In this document: positions 39,606 to 49,609 of the stretch, in pieces
Layout of the letters: each line of letters opens with the position of its first letter
Position numbering within the stretch: the stretch's first letter is position 1
NCBI GenBank assembly: GCA_038207335.1
Contig: JBBQZX010000016.1
Location: 54,848-118,847, forward strand
Length of the DNA: 64,000 nt
Source of the DNA: Chthoniobacterales bacterium
Lineage (GTDB): Bacteria > Verrucomicrobiota > Verrucomicrobiia > Chthoniobacterales > Chthoniobacteraceae
Direction: 5' to 3'
Made by a program: the position numbers and the translations under genes
The notes under the pieces: generated by a model
What the model saw: only the letters and a program-made list of their open reading frames with translations
What the model was told of the DNA's origin: nothing
The model's database searches: none

Positions 39606-40769
39606 ATGGCCAAGCCGCTCCGCAAATCGCCCGGCGTCCTCAACCGCGCACTGGAAAAGCCGCTCGTCGCGTTGCAAGCGGCGATCACCGGCGACGCGGT
39701 CATCAAGGCTCTCTTCGCCCTGCTTCAGCGTGCGGTTCCGTGCGATTTCGCCGGCGCTTTTCTCCGGCACGAAGATCACGCCTATGGCTCGGTTCCGTTC
39801 CGTTTCATGGATTCCCGGGGACGCGACTTCGGGCCGCAGCTCGCGGATGGCGTCTTCTTCCGTGAACACCCCGCGATGCCTGTGCTGCTGGCGAATCCCG
39901 GCATCCGCTTCATTAATACCCGCGAGACGCTGCCGCCGGATGAGATCCTCCATGCTTCGCGATTTTACCGGGAAGTGATGCAGGTCATCGGCTTCCGCCA
40001 TGCCATCGGGATGTATTTCTGGGACGACCCGCCTCGGATGCCGGAGGCGGTTCTCTCGGTTAGTCGCGGCGAGGGCCAGCCGGACTTCACCGATGAAGAG
40101 GTCTCGATCCTCGACCGCCTCTACCCACACATCGACGCCGCCCTCCGCCGAATCCGCGCGATCGAAAGGGAACGCGCCGTGCGGAGCGAACTCCACAGCC
40201 TTATCGACCCGGCGCGCGCGGCCTGTCTGCTTCATTGGGACCTCACCGTGGCCGATGCGAATCGCGCCGCGCGCGAGCTGTGTGCCCGGTGGCATCTCGG
40301 CGAGGCCAGCGCCCACCTGAAGACGCCGCGCTTTGTGCTCCCCGAGCCCCTGCGCGAGGCATGCGTGGGCCTGAAAAAACGCTGGCAAGCTTCCCTCCGC
40401 GAAAGTCCCGCGACGGGCACCGCCGAGCGTCTCACCGTGCCGCACCCCGAGTGCCCCGCCCTTTTTGCGAAGGTTACATTGCACGTCCAGCACATCGATC
40501 CGCTGGGCAAGCCGGTCTTCCTCATCGAGTTCGAGCCGCCGAAAAACGACGCCGCCCCGCCGCGCCGATTGAACGGCAAAATGAAACTCGCCGCATTCAC
40601 CCTCGCCGACCGCGAGCTGATCCGGCTCGTGCGGGAAGGACACAGCAACCAGGAAATCGCCACCGCGACCGGCCGCGCGCTCGGAAGCGTAAAGAACGCC
40701 CTGCACGCGATTTTCGAGAAGGTCGGCATTCGCAGCCGAGCCGCGCTCATCGCGAAAGTGGGCGACTGA
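39606..40769 (+). CDS. LuxR-type HTH transcriptional regulator with GAF-like N-terminal sensor
   Basis: C-terminal LVREGHSNQEIATATGRALGSVKNALHAIFEKVGIRSRAAL, R....PDFTDEE..IL..L.PH motif. Divergent from the 33085-39423 gene. Confidence 0.88.
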   Translation: MAKPLRKSPGVLNRALEKPLVALQAAITGDAVIKALFALLQRAVPCDFAGAFLRHEDHAYGSVPFRFMDSRGRDFGPQLADGVFFREHPAMPVLLANPGIRFINTRETLPPDEILHASRFYREVMQVIGFRHAIGMYFWDDPPRMPEAVLSVSRGEGQPDFTDEEVSILDRLYPHIDAALRRIRAIERERAVRSELHSLIDPARAACLLHWDLTVADANRAARELCARWHLGEASAHLKTPRFVLPEPLREACVGLKKRWQASLRESPATGTAERLTVPHPECPALFAKVTLHVQHIDPLGKPVFLIEFEPPKNDAAPPRRLNGKMKLAAFTLADRELIRLVREGHSNQEIATATGRALGSVKNALHAIFEKVGIRSRAALIAKVGD

Positions 40770-41026
40770 TTTAGAAAAGCCCTCGTCTGCGTCCCCCACC
40801 GCTGCCCTGTAGGCACCTTCTTGCCCCATGTCGGCGGCAGTTTGGGTGGCGTCGGCGTCAGTTTGTCCCACGTCGGTCGGCGACATCCTACAAAGTGCCG
40901 CCTACGGCCGACACAATGGAGAAGATGCCGATGAGCGAATGCGGAGGCGACGGCGCGCTTCGCTCCAGCTCGGCTGTGGAGGGCACTGCGCTGTCGGTGC
41001 CGGGGGCGGAGTGGCGGCGGGGCGGC

Positions 41027-43021
41027 TCAAGCGATTTCTTCGCCGGAGAAGGAGAGGGCTTCGCCGAGCCATTGGTCGGCTCCCATGACGGCTTTGCGTT
41101 GCTTGAAGGCGAGGCTTTGCGCGTTTTGCTGGGCGTGCCGGAATGCCATGTGGGCGATCTTTTCCCAGGAGGGAAGATGGTCGGTGACGGCGCGGCGGAG
41201 GATGCGCTGGAGGGTGGGGCGGAGGTGGCGGCGGACGAGTTCGTCCTCGATGCTGACGAATGCCTGGGCGCTGCCGGGGTCGCCCTGCCGGGCGCTGCGG
41301 CCGAAGAGCTGGCGATCGACGCGCTGGGATTCGTGGCGCTCGGTGGCGATGACGTGGAGGCCGCCGGCGGCGGCGATGCCGCGGCTGAGGAAGATGTCGG
41401 TGCCGCGCCCGGCCATGTTCGTGGCGATGGTGATGCGGCCGGCTTCGCCCGCCATGGCGATGACGGCGGATTCTTCTTTGAGGCGGACGGCGTTGAGGAT
41501 GGCGCACTGGAGGGCGCGTTCGGCGAGGAGGACGGCGAGTTTTTCGCTAGCGGCAACGCTGCGGGTGCCGACGAGGAGGGGGCGCCCGGTGGCATGGACG
41601 CGGGCGATTTCGTCGGCGACGGCGTGCCACTTTTGCTCCTCGATGGCGAAGACGCGGTCGGGCCAGTGCTCGCGGAGGCAGGGGCGGTTGGTGGGGATGG
41701 GGATGACGGGGAGGCGATAGACTTGCCAGAATTCGGCGGCGGCTTCGCGCGCGGTGCCGGTCATGCCGGCGAGCTTGTGGAAGCAGCGGAAGAAGCGCTG
41801 GAAACTCAGGCGGGCGATCGTCTCGGAGGGGTCGGAGATTTCGAGGCCTTCCTTGGCTTCGATGGCCTGGTGCATGCCCTCGCGCCAGGTGCGCTGGGGC
41901 ATGGGGCGGCCGGTGAATTCATCGACGATGACGACTTTTCCTTTCTCGATGATGTATTGCTTGTCGCGGTGGAAGAATTCGCGGGCGACGAGGGCCTGGA
42001 TGGCGAGTTCCATGCGGCGTGAGTCGCCGCGCCAGACGCCGGGGAGCGAACCGCTGGTGGCTGCGACTTTCGCTAGGCCAGCCTCGGTGAGTTCGATTTC
42101 CTTGAAGCGGAGATTTGGGCGGTAGTCGATGCCCTCGACGAGGTCGGCGACGATCTTCTGCGCGGCCTGGCCGGCGTCTTTCAAAAGCGGATTTTCGTGG
42201 GTGGCGGAGATGATGAGGGGGGTGACGGCTTCGTCGATGAGGACGCTGTCGGCCTCGTCCACGATGGCGGTGTGGAGGCCGCGCATGACGAGGCCCTCGA
42301 TGGCGGCGGCGCGCGAGCCGAGGAGGCGGGCGACGAGGCGACGGGTGGGATTGTGGAGCGCGCCGACGCGGAGGCGGTCGCGGAGGAAGTCGGCGAGGAG
42401 TTCCTTGCTGGTGGTGTAAGTCACGTCGCAGGCGTATCCCTTTTGCCGGTCCTCCGGCTGCATTGCGCCGGTGACGCAGCCGACGCGGACGCCGCAGTAG
42501 TCGTAGAGTTTGCCAAGGCGCTCGGCGTCGCGCTCGACGAGGTAGTCGTTGACGGTGACGATGTGGCAGGGGCGTTTCGTCCAGCCCGCGAGGACGGCGG
42601 CGAGCCCGGCGGTGAGAGTCTTACCCTCGCCCGTCGCCATCTCCGCGAGGAAGCCGCGATGCAGGGAGAGGACGCCGATGATTTGCACGAGAAAGGGGCG
42701 CATCCCGAGCTCGCGCGCGGAGACTTCGCGAATGCCGGCGAGGGCGCGGATGAGGCAGGCGTCGCTCTCGCGTCCGCCGCGGCGGAAGGTCTCACGGTAT
42801 TCCATGAGGCGGCGGTGGAGGTCGCGGGTCGAGAGGGCGGTAGTCTCGGCGGCGAGGCGCTCGACTTCGAGGGCGTCTTTTTCGAGCTGGGAGAAGATAG
42901 CGCCGCGGCGGTGGTAGGCGCCGATGGCGTCGTTCACGGCGGCGTCGATGCCTTTCAAGGGACGCGCCGGGACGCGGTAGGCGGTGCGCCGGTAGTCGTG
43001 CGTCGGGACGAGCGGGGTCAC
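41027..43021 (-). CDS. Accessory, C-terminally truncated SecA-family ATPase
   Basis: EMATGEGKTL, TVNDYL, IVDEADSVLIDEA, VDEFTGR, HQAIEAKEG, GMTGTA, ATNMAGRGTDI, RQLFGRSARQGDPG. Only 664 aa, ending ~60 aa after SIEDEL. Confidence 0.93.
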   Translation of the reverse strand: MTPLVPTHDYRRTAYRVPARPLKGIDAAVNDAIGAYHRRGAIFSQLEKDALEVERLAAETTALSTRDLHRRLMEYRETFRRGGRESDACLIRALAGIREVSARELGMRPFLVQIIGVLSLHRGFLAEMATGEGKTLTAGLAAVLAGWTKRPCHIVTVNDYLVERDAERLGKLYDYCGVRVGCVTGAMQPEDRQKGYACDVTYTTSKELLADFLRDRLRVGALHNPTRRLVARLLGSRAAAIEGLVMRGLHTAIVDEADSVLIDEAVTPLIISATHENPLLKDAGQAAQKIVADLVEGIDYRPNLRFKEIELTEAGLAKVAATSGSLPGVWRGDSRRMELAIQALVAREFFHRDKQYIIEKGKVVIVDEFTGRPMPQRTWREGMHQAIEAKEGLEISDPSETIARLSFQRFFRCFHKLAGMTGTAREAAAEFWQVYRLPVIPIPTNRPCLREHWPDRVFAIEEQKWHAVADEIARVHATGRPLLVGTRSVAASEKLAVLLAERALQCAILNAVRLKEESAVIAMAGEAGRITIATNMAGRGTDIFLSRGIAAAGGLHVIATERHESQRVDRQLFGRSARQGDPGSAQAFVSIEDELVRRHLRPTLQRILRRAVTDHLPSWEKIAHMAFRHAQQNAQSLAFKQRKAVMGADQWLGEALSFSGEEIA

Positions 43022-45177
43022 AGTTGGTAGCGCTTTTGCAAGAGCTGCCGGAGGTCGCGGACCCAGCGCGTGAGGAGGGGCTCGGACTGGAGATTGAAAC
43101 GGATCTTGCCGGAGCAGCCGTCGAAAAGGGCGGCCTCGTGGTCGGCGGGAAGCTTGCCGATGACTTTAAAATACGGCTCGGCGGATTTGCTGCCGTGCTC
43201 GTCGTCTGCGGCGACCGGGACGTCTCCGCCGCCGCGCTGGCCGAGCGCGGGCGAGGGCAGGACGCGCTGCTCGCCGGGAATCACGCGCCACTCGCCGACA
43301 GGGAGGGCCGTGGCGGTGTCGTCGATGAGCCGCACCTCCGCGCCGGGTCGCTGGCGAATGAAGACGCGGTCGGCATCTTCCTGCAAAACGGTGGCGACGA
43401 ACTCGAACGACGAGGGATCGACGAGCAGGCCGAGATTCGAGCCGCGGCTGAGCCAGCGCCCGAGGTAATCCCCGATGCCCGGCGCGACCCAGACGCCGTC
43501 GTGCCGCGCGCGGATGGTCATCGCGGCGGCGTCGGCCCGCAATTTCGCGAGCCGCTCGGCGACGGCGGCCTGCGATTGGAGCAGCGGCTTGAGGTCGGCG
43601 GTCTCGGATTTCTGCGCTTTCAAAAGGCGCGCCCGCACTTCCTCCGCACGCGCCACGGTCTGCGCGAGGTCGAGTTCGAGTTCGCGATTGCTCATGCGGA
43701 TGAGCGGCTGCCCGGCGCTGACGCGGCTGCCCGGCGGTGTGAGGAGCGCCTCGACGATGCCCGCGGTGTCCGTCGAAATCTCCGTGCGCTGCGTGGCGCG
43801 CACGACTCCCGGCGCGCGGTAGTGGTGCGGAAAAGGGACGATTTGAAAGATCACGAGCAGCACCGCGGCGAGCGCGCCAGTGACCGCGATCGCCCGGCCC
43901 CGCACGCGCGTGAGGCGAGGACTGGAGGCGAGATATTGCACGAATTTGATGGCCGGCACCGTGACCCACGAGATGAGGCAGACCGCCGCCATAATGAGCC
44001 CGATGATGAGAAAGCGATCGGCAATCGCGAGCAGGATGCCGGCAAAAACCGTGACGCGATAAATCGCGCTCGTGATGCCAAAGGTCGCAAAGCCCCACGC
44101 GCCGCCGGTGGTGCGCGCCGGGCTCACGGATTTCTTCACGCCGAAGAGGTAGTGCTCGAAAAGATGCTTGAGCTGCGCGGTGGCGCGCTGGTGCAGGTTG
44201 GGGACTTCGATGAGGTCGGAGAGGATGTAATAGCCGTCGAAGCGGAGCAGCGGGTTGAGGTTGAAGATGAGCGTCGAGACGGAGGCGACGAACATGATGT
44301 TGTGCGCGATACTGTGCGCCGCGCCGGGCCCCGTTTTCGCCCAGACGAATGCCGCAATCGCCGCGACGAAGAGCTCGACGATCATCCCCGCGGAACCCAC
44401 GAGTGCCCGCCGCCACTTGCTTCGGAAGCCCCAGCTCGACGTGGCATCGACGTACGGGATGGGCGTGAAAATCATGAGCATGAGGCCCATCACGTGGACT
44501 TCGCCGCCCCACTTTCTGCAAAAATACGCGTGTCCGAATTCGTGGATGGTCTTCACCAGCGCGAGCGCGAGGTAGAGGAATGGGAGGTTCGCCGGCGCGA
44601 GGACGGTCTGCGCTTCGGCCCACAATCCGCCGACGTTATCGACGACGACTTTCACGCCAAAGCCGACGACGACGAGCCAGATGAGCGCACCGAAAATGGA
44701 GATGAATTTGCCGACAATCGGCAGCGTGCGGACGAGGAAGCGATCGGGATCGAGAAGCGGAAACCGCATGAACATGATGTTCAAAAAGCGGGATCCGATC
44801 TCGCGCTGGCGGCGGCGTTTGAAACGCTCGAAAAGCTGCGCAGCATCGGCGGCGGTGTCGTACTGGAGGAGGTTGGAAAAGTAGAGCTGCGAGAGGAGCT
44901 GGATGACTGCTTCCTGGCCGGGCGCGGTGTCGGGGAAACGTTCGAGGCATTCGCTCCAGACTTCCTCGACGGAGCGCGACGCGCGCAGCCGCGCGACGAA
45001 TTCAAACGCCTCCGGCCGCAGCCGGAAGAACTCGTTGCTGAACGGATTCTCCAGCACGATCCAGCGCTCGCCGCGGAAGTCCTGACGCCGCACGACCACG
45101 CCCGGACGCAGGCAAATACGCTGCTTCGCAACGCGATACCACGACTCGCTAAATGTGGCAGAAGGATCGCCCGGCAT
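43018..45177 (-). CDS. PqqD/RRE-like + M50 (site-2) metalloprotease + HlyD-like membrane-fusion fusion protein
   Basis: IHEFGH and NLNPLLRFDGYYIL M50 motifs in a multi-TM region, lipoyl-like GSRVSAGQPL, coiled coil, IRARHDG. The stop overlaps the secA-like start (GTGA). Confidence 0.9.
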   Translation of the reverse strand: MPGDPSATFSESWYRVAKQRICLRPGVVVRRQDFRGERWIVLENPFSNEFFRLRPEAFEFVARLRASRSVEEVWSECLERFPDTAPGQEAVIQLLSQLYFSNLLQYDTAADAAQLFERFKRRRQREIGSRFLNIMFMRFPLLDPDRFLVRTLPIVGKFISIFGALIWLVVVGFGVKVVVDNVGGLWAEAQTVLAPANLPFLYLALALVKTIHEFGHAYFCRKWGGEVHVMGLMLMIFTPIPYVDATSSWGFRSKWRRALVGSAGMIVELFVAAIAAFVWAKTGPGAAHSIAHNIMFVASVSTLIFNLNPLLRFDGYYILSDLIEVPNLHQRATAQLKHLFEHYLFGVKKSVSPARTTGGAWGFATFGITSAIYRVTVFAGILLAIADRFLIIGLIMAAVCLISWVTVPAIKFVQYLASSPRLTRVRGRAIAVTGALAAVLLVIFQIVPFPHHYRAPGVVRATQRTEISTDTAGIVEALLTPPGSRVSAGQPLIRMSNRELELDLAQTVARAEEVRARLLKAQKSETADLKPLLQSQAAVAERLAKLRADAAAMTIRARHDGVWVAPGIGDYLGRWLSRGSNLGLLVDPSSFEFVATVLQEDADRVFIRQRPGAEVRLIDDTATALPVGEWRVIPGEQRVLPSPALGQRGGGDVPVAADDEHGSKSAEPYFKVIGKLPADHEAALFDGCSGKIRFNLQSEPLLTRWVRDLRQLLQKRYQL

Positions 45178-45180
45178 GAA

Positions 45181-47037
45181 TCACCACCAGAATTTCATCC
45201 GCAGGAAATCGACGGTGCGATGCGTGAAAATCCACCACAGCGTGCGCTTACCGCTCTCGATTTTGCACAGCCCGGTCATGCCCGGACGCCACCACTTTTC
45301 CGCGGACTCCGTTGGCTTCAGCCGCACGACGAAAACGTTGCCGTCCTTCTTCGCGAGCGCCGCGGCTTCGATCGATTGCACGGTTGCCTTGAACGTCGTG
45401 CGTGGCTGCGAGACGAACGCGAACTCCGACTCCGAGCCGACCGCGAGATTCTTGATGTCGCGCTCGTTCACCTCCGCCTCGACGTAGAGTCCCTCAATGC
45501 GCGCGAGCTTGTAGAGCGGCTCGCCTTGTTTCACCGGCGACGAGATGCGTTCGCGCAGGTCGCCCTCCACGATCACGCCATCGAATGGCGCGCGCAGCAC
45601 TGCGTTTTCCAGCCGGTGTATGACGAGGTCGAGCTTCGCTTTCGACTCCTCCATCAGCGCTTGCGAGATGCGCATTTCGGCCAGCAGATTTCCGGCGCGC
45701 GCCTTTTCCATCTCGCGCTCGTATCGCGTGATTTCAGCCGCGGCGGCGGATTGCTCGAGCAGCAAATCCGCGCGGTTGAGCGCCACGATTTCCGCGCCTT
45801 TTGAAAGCGCATCGCCCGGGCGAACCATCACCTTTTCGATGAATCCCTCGAACGGCGCGGTGAGATACGAGACCGCGTCGCTGCGCAAAATAAACGTCCC
45901 CTCGACGCGATAATTCACGCGCCACAGGAATAGCACAGCGAGGAGAATCACGCCGAGGATCGCGAAGACTTTAGGCCACGTGTGTTCCGGCCCGATGAGC
46001 TTCGCAGCTTGCTCGCGGAGCGCCGAAGCCGCGCGCGCACCGACCCAGCGGTCGCGCTTTTTCAGATCGCCAAGTCGCGGCGCGAGCTGATCGCAAAGCA
46101 GCCGGAGCTGCTGCATTTCCACCACCGTGAAAGGTGCCGTCTGCCGCTCGCACGCGAGCACCGCGACGACCTCCGAGTCGATGCGCAGCGGCACCGAGCA
46201 GAGATGCCCGGCGCTCTGTTCCTTCACGAATTTTTCGTGATCCCGCGCCACCACTCCCGCGCCGTCCGGCATCGGCCACAGGATTTCCTCATCCTGATCC
46301 GCGCACTCCTCCATCACCGCTTCGAGCGACTGCGCGGCAGCCATCTGCCGGTCAAACTTCTCCGTGCGGCTGATCGCCTTGAGCCGCACATATCCGCCCT
46401 CGATCCAGCCGACGCTTGCGCGGTCGCACACGAGCCGCGCGGCCACGCCGTTGCACAGCGCGAGCAGCGCGGCGATGAAGCGCTTCTCCGCATTCACCGG
46501 CACCATGAGGTCGAGCACGGTCGCAAATTTCTCCACGTCCGCCTGCGCCTGCCGACTCGCGAGATTTGCCTGATACAGCGCCGGCGTGTCTGCCGCGAGG
46601 CTCAGCCGCACGAGCGCATCCCGCGCCGCAGCCTCGGTGAAATCGAGGAGTTGCGCGACCAGCACGAGTTCGTCCTCGGCGCTCGCGAGCTTCATCCGTA
46701 CGCCGACAGTGAACGCTCCTGTCATCTCGTCGTCCTGCTCGACAAAGCTCCCCTCGCCCAGCCCGCGCTCCGCCGCCTGCTCGATGAACGCCGCGAAATT
46801 CGCCCGCTGCCGCGTCGCCGCGCCTCCCGCATTCCATTCACTGATCTTGATCCAGCGCGGCGTCTGCCCCGGTCGCCCGAGCATCAGCGCCGCGACGTCC
46901 GCGAGCGCAAGATGCGCGCAAGCCGCGAGCAGCCGTGGCCAAAATTCTTTCGCGGTCCCGGGAAATCTTCGCAGCGCCGCCAGCTCATCCGTCGCGCGCT
47001 CGAACCGCTCATCCGTGTCGTTCAGTTCCGATCCCAT
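45181..47037 (-). CDS. GAF-domain HlyD-family membrane-fusion protein
   Basis: CDRASVG, AVMEECADQ, LCSVPL...VVAVLACER (GAF-like), one TM, APFEGFIEKVMVRPGD, LRAPFDG, RPGMTG, LRMKFWW end. Confidence 0.88.
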   Translation of the reverse strand: MGSELNDTDERFERATDELAALRRFPGTAKEFWPRLLAACAHLALADVAALMLGRPGQTPRWIKISEWNAGGAATRQRANFAAFIEQAAERGLGEGSFVEQDDEMTGAFTVGVRMKLASAEDELVLVAQLLDFTEAAARDALVRLSLAADTPALYQANLASRQAQADVEKFATVLDLMVPVNAEKRFIAALLALCNGVAARLVCDRASVGWIEGGYVRLKAISRTEKFDRQMAAAQSLEAVMEECADQDEEILWPMPDGAGVVARDHEKFVKEQSAGHLCSVPLRIDSEVVAVLACERQTAPFTVVEMQQLRLLCDQLAPRLGDLKKRDRWVGARAASALREQAAKLIGPEHTWPKVFAILGVILLAVLFLWRVNYRVEGTFILRSDAVSYLTAPFEGFIEKVMVRPGDALSKGAEIVALNRADLLLEQSAAAAEITRYEREMEKARAGNLLAEMRISQALMEESKAKLDLVIHRLENAVLRAPFDGVIVEGDLRERISSPVKQGEPLYKLARIEGLYVEAEVNERDIKNLAVGSESEFAFVSQPRTTFKATVQSIEAAALAKKDGNVFVVRLKPTESAEKWWRPGMTGLCKIESGKRTLWWIFTHRTVDFLRMKFWW

Positions 47038-47041
47038 CGTT

Positions 47042-47767
47042 TTATTCGAGCGTCATTTTCCCCGCGAGCCCGGCCAGGACATTGCCGTCGGCGTTGTCGA
47101 AAAGCACCTTCACCCGCGCCAGTCCGCTTGCCGAATCCACGACCGGCGCGATCAGCACGAGCTTGCCATTCACGGCGTTCTTCGCGCCCTCGACCTCCAC
47201 CTTCACGCTCTGCCCGAGCTTCAAATCAGACGCCGCCGTCCCCTCGATGTGCCCGATGAAATAGCACCGCTTCGTGTCCACCATTCGCACGATCGGCTTG
47301 TACGGTTCGCAGCTCGCGCCGGGTTGGAGAAAATACTCGACGATCGTGCCATCGAACGGCGCCACGATGCGCCGCCGGCTAAGCTGCTCGTCCGCGATTT
47401 TTTGCTCGGCAGCGGCGACGCGAAACTCCGTCTCTTTCTTGTCCATCTCGTCCTTGCTCACCGATTTCGTCTTTTCAAAAAGCGTCTTCGTCGCCTCGTA
47501 GTCCGCCTTCGCGTGAACCATCACAAACTTCCGCCGTTCCGCCTCCAGCTCCTCCAGCGTGCTGTCGAGTTCGAGGATCACGTCGCCCTTTTTCACCTCC
47601 TCACCCTCCTGAAATTTCTCCGCGTGGATGGTTCCCTGCACCGACGAACTCAGCGTCACATCGAAAAACGGCTCCGTGATTCCCGTCACGACTTTCGCCT
47701 CCGCGGAAAAGGATCGCGTGATCGGGATGAATGCCACGAGCGCGGCGCAAAAAATGGATCGGATCAT
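47042..47767 (-). CDS. RND/HlyD-family periplasmic adaptor subunit
   Basis: Signal peptide, EGEEVKKGDVILEL, IVAPFDG, IAPVVDSASGLARVK..FDN. Confidence 0.88.
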   Translation of the reverse strand: MIRSIFCAALVAFIPITRSFSAEAKVVTGITEPFFDVTLSSSVQGTIHAEKFQEGEEVKKGDVILELDSTLEELEAERRKFVMVHAKADYEATKTLFEKTKSVSKDEMDKKETEFRVAAAEQKIADEQLSRRRIVAPFDGTIVEYFLQPGASCEPYKPIVRMVDTKRCYFIGHIEGTAASDLKLGQSVKVEVEGAKNAVNGKLVLIAPVVDSASGLARVKVLFDNADGNVLAGLAGKMTLE

Positions 47768-47823
47768 AGAAAAAACGGACGGCGAACCTGCCGACCTCGC
47801 AGCACAAATCAACCCCGCCTGCG

Positions 47824-49584
47824 TTAAAATTTGAAGTTGCCGGTGAGCGACACCGACTGGCCGAAATTATCCGCCTGCCACAGCCGCGCTGAGTAATCGA
47901 CCACCAGTCCGAAGTTCGCGGAAATCTGCACGACGACTCCGAGGCCAATCTCCAGCGCATCCGCGCCCGGAGCTTTCGTCTTCGTCGAGGCATTGAAACT
48001 CCCGACGCGGGTGAACCGATTGCCGCTCCCGATCTCGAACGGCGACTGCGTGAGCCCGACACCGACCGTCTCCGACTCGTCGAGAAATTCATGCGTCCAC
48101 GCGGCACGGAATTGCGGCGTGAACTCCACACCGCGGAATTCAAAAGGCCGCGACACCTGCCAGCCGACGCGCGACACGAGCGAGTCGAAATTCTGCCCTC
48201 CAACGCGCACATTCGCCGTGCCGCCGCCCGTCTCCGTGTAACCGTCAAGATCGCCGGTGATGTAGGTCAGCGTCGTGAACGGCCCAGTCACGAACCGCCC
48301 CGCATCCATGTTGTAGCCTAGGTTCAGCTCGATTGTGTGCGTGCGGCTGTCGGGCTTTGCGAGCGCCGTTTTTCCGAAAAGCGTGTCGCGCCGAATCTCA
48401 TGCTGGAACGTCCCGAAACTGTAGAGCGCATCGGCATAAAAACCCCATTTCGAGAACGCGATGTACGTCGTGAACGCCTCGCCCGTGATCTTCAAATCGC
48501 CGATGCCCAGCCCGAGATCGTTGTCACTTTCCACATATGTGAAAGCCGCGCCGAGCGTGAGTTCGGGCGTCACGTGAAATTCCAAGCCCGTCGTCGCCGC
48601 AAAGACATCCGAGCCAAAGCCGCTCGCCGGGAACCGCGACTCCTGATCGTTCGTGCTGTATTCGCCCGTCGTGAAATACTCGAAGCGCGACGCCACCCCA
48701 TGGCGCTCCTCGCGGTCGAGCGAACGCGACCGCACGCGCTGGCGGAAGAGCCGCGCATTCACATCGCGAGTTACATCGCGCACCGTCCCGAACAGTGCCT
48801 CCCGCTGCACCAGCGCCGTCGGCAGCGCGCTCCCGATGGCCGACGCGATCGCCTCGTAGTCGATCCGAAACTGGAGAAACACCGGCGCGAAAGTATTCGC
48901 ATCGACCCCAAGAAAGAGCGGCGACAGCGACTCGGGACTCCAACTCGCGCCGCCGTTTTCGCTGTGCGCCCATGTCGGCGAAAATCCCACTCCCGTGCCA
49001 TTTTCGCTATCCGTGTAGGCCGACGCGAACTGCCCGCTCGTCGCGCGCGTCACCACCCAGTAGGTCGAATCCGCCGCCAGCGGCAAGCCGCCCGGCCGCT
49101 GCCCCGACACCTGCACCCCGCCGACTCCGCTGCCGGCGAAAGGGTTCGCATTCGAGATTTTCACCCCGCCCGGCAGATTGATCGTCATGTTCGTCTGCGT
49201 GCCATTCGCGGTCGCCGTGAAGTTCGTCGTCCCGCCATCGCTGCTACGGAAGGTCACATCGCGCGGAGTGCCGGTGATCGCTCCCGAGGAGTTCAGCATC
49301 CCGACCAGCTTCCCTGGCCTTCCGTGGTCGTCCGTGAAAATCGCGGCCTCCACTGCTCCGTTGATATTGCGCTGCAACCGGAGCGTCACCGCATCCAGCA
49401 GATACCCCTGCCCGTCCGTCTTGAATTGCGATCCGAGCCACCGCGTATTCGTGATGCGCTCCACGCCATCGATCGGTTGCGTGAGATTCGTGCTCAGTGT
49501 CACGGCGCGCGCCGCGATGCCGGAAAGCATGAGCGCCACGCAGCCCGCGAGCGCTGCACATGGCGAAGAAAAAGCTCGCTTCAT
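47824..49584 (-). CDS. Autotransporter beta-barrel protein with small (choice-of-anchor R-like) passenger
   Basis: Signal peptide ending ARA-V, passenger WLGSQFKTD...LDAVTLRL...PG...L...STYWVV, helical linker, amphipathic strands (GAAFTY, YADALYSFG, DGYTETG), terminal FKF. Confidence 0.85.
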   Translation of the reverse strand: MKRAFSSPCAALAGCVALMLSGIAARAVTLSTNLTQPIDGVERITNTRWLGSQFKTDGQGYLLDAVTLRLQRNINGAVEAAIFTDDHGRPGKLVGMLNSSGAITGTPRDVTFRSSDGGTTNFTATANGTQTNMTINLPGGVKISNANPFAGSGVGGVQVSGQRPGGLPLAADSTYWVVTRATSGQFASAYTDSENGTGVGFSPTWAHSENGGASWSPESLSPLFLGVDANTFAPVFLQFRIDYEAIASAIGSALPTALVQREALFGTVRDVTRDVNARLFRQRVRSRSLDREERHGVASRFEYFTTGEYSTNDQESRFPASGFGSDVFAATTGLEFHVTPELTLGAAFTYVESDNDLGLGIGDLKITGEAFTTYIAFSKWGFYADALYSFGTFQHEIRRDTLFGKTALAKPDSRTHTIELNLGYNMDAGRFVTGPFTTLTYITGDLDGYTETGGGTANVRVGGQNFDSLVSRVGWQVSRPFEFRGVEFTPQFRAAWTHEFLDESETVGVGLTQSPFEIGSGNRFTRVGSFNASTKTKAPGADALEIGLGVVVQISANFGLVVDYSARLWQADNFGQSVSLTGNFKF

Positions 49585-49609
49585 GGCGCAGACTTCTGCG
49601 TACGCCGCT

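Noticed and set aside
40808..40905. tgtagg...cctaca/cctac REP-like inverted motifs between convergent genes
   Set aside because: Too short and imperfect, with no second copy recognised in the window.
41027..43021. Calling this the housekeeping secA
   Set aside because: Too short, lacks the C-terminal domains and lies in an MFP/M50 operon, so no gene symbol was given.
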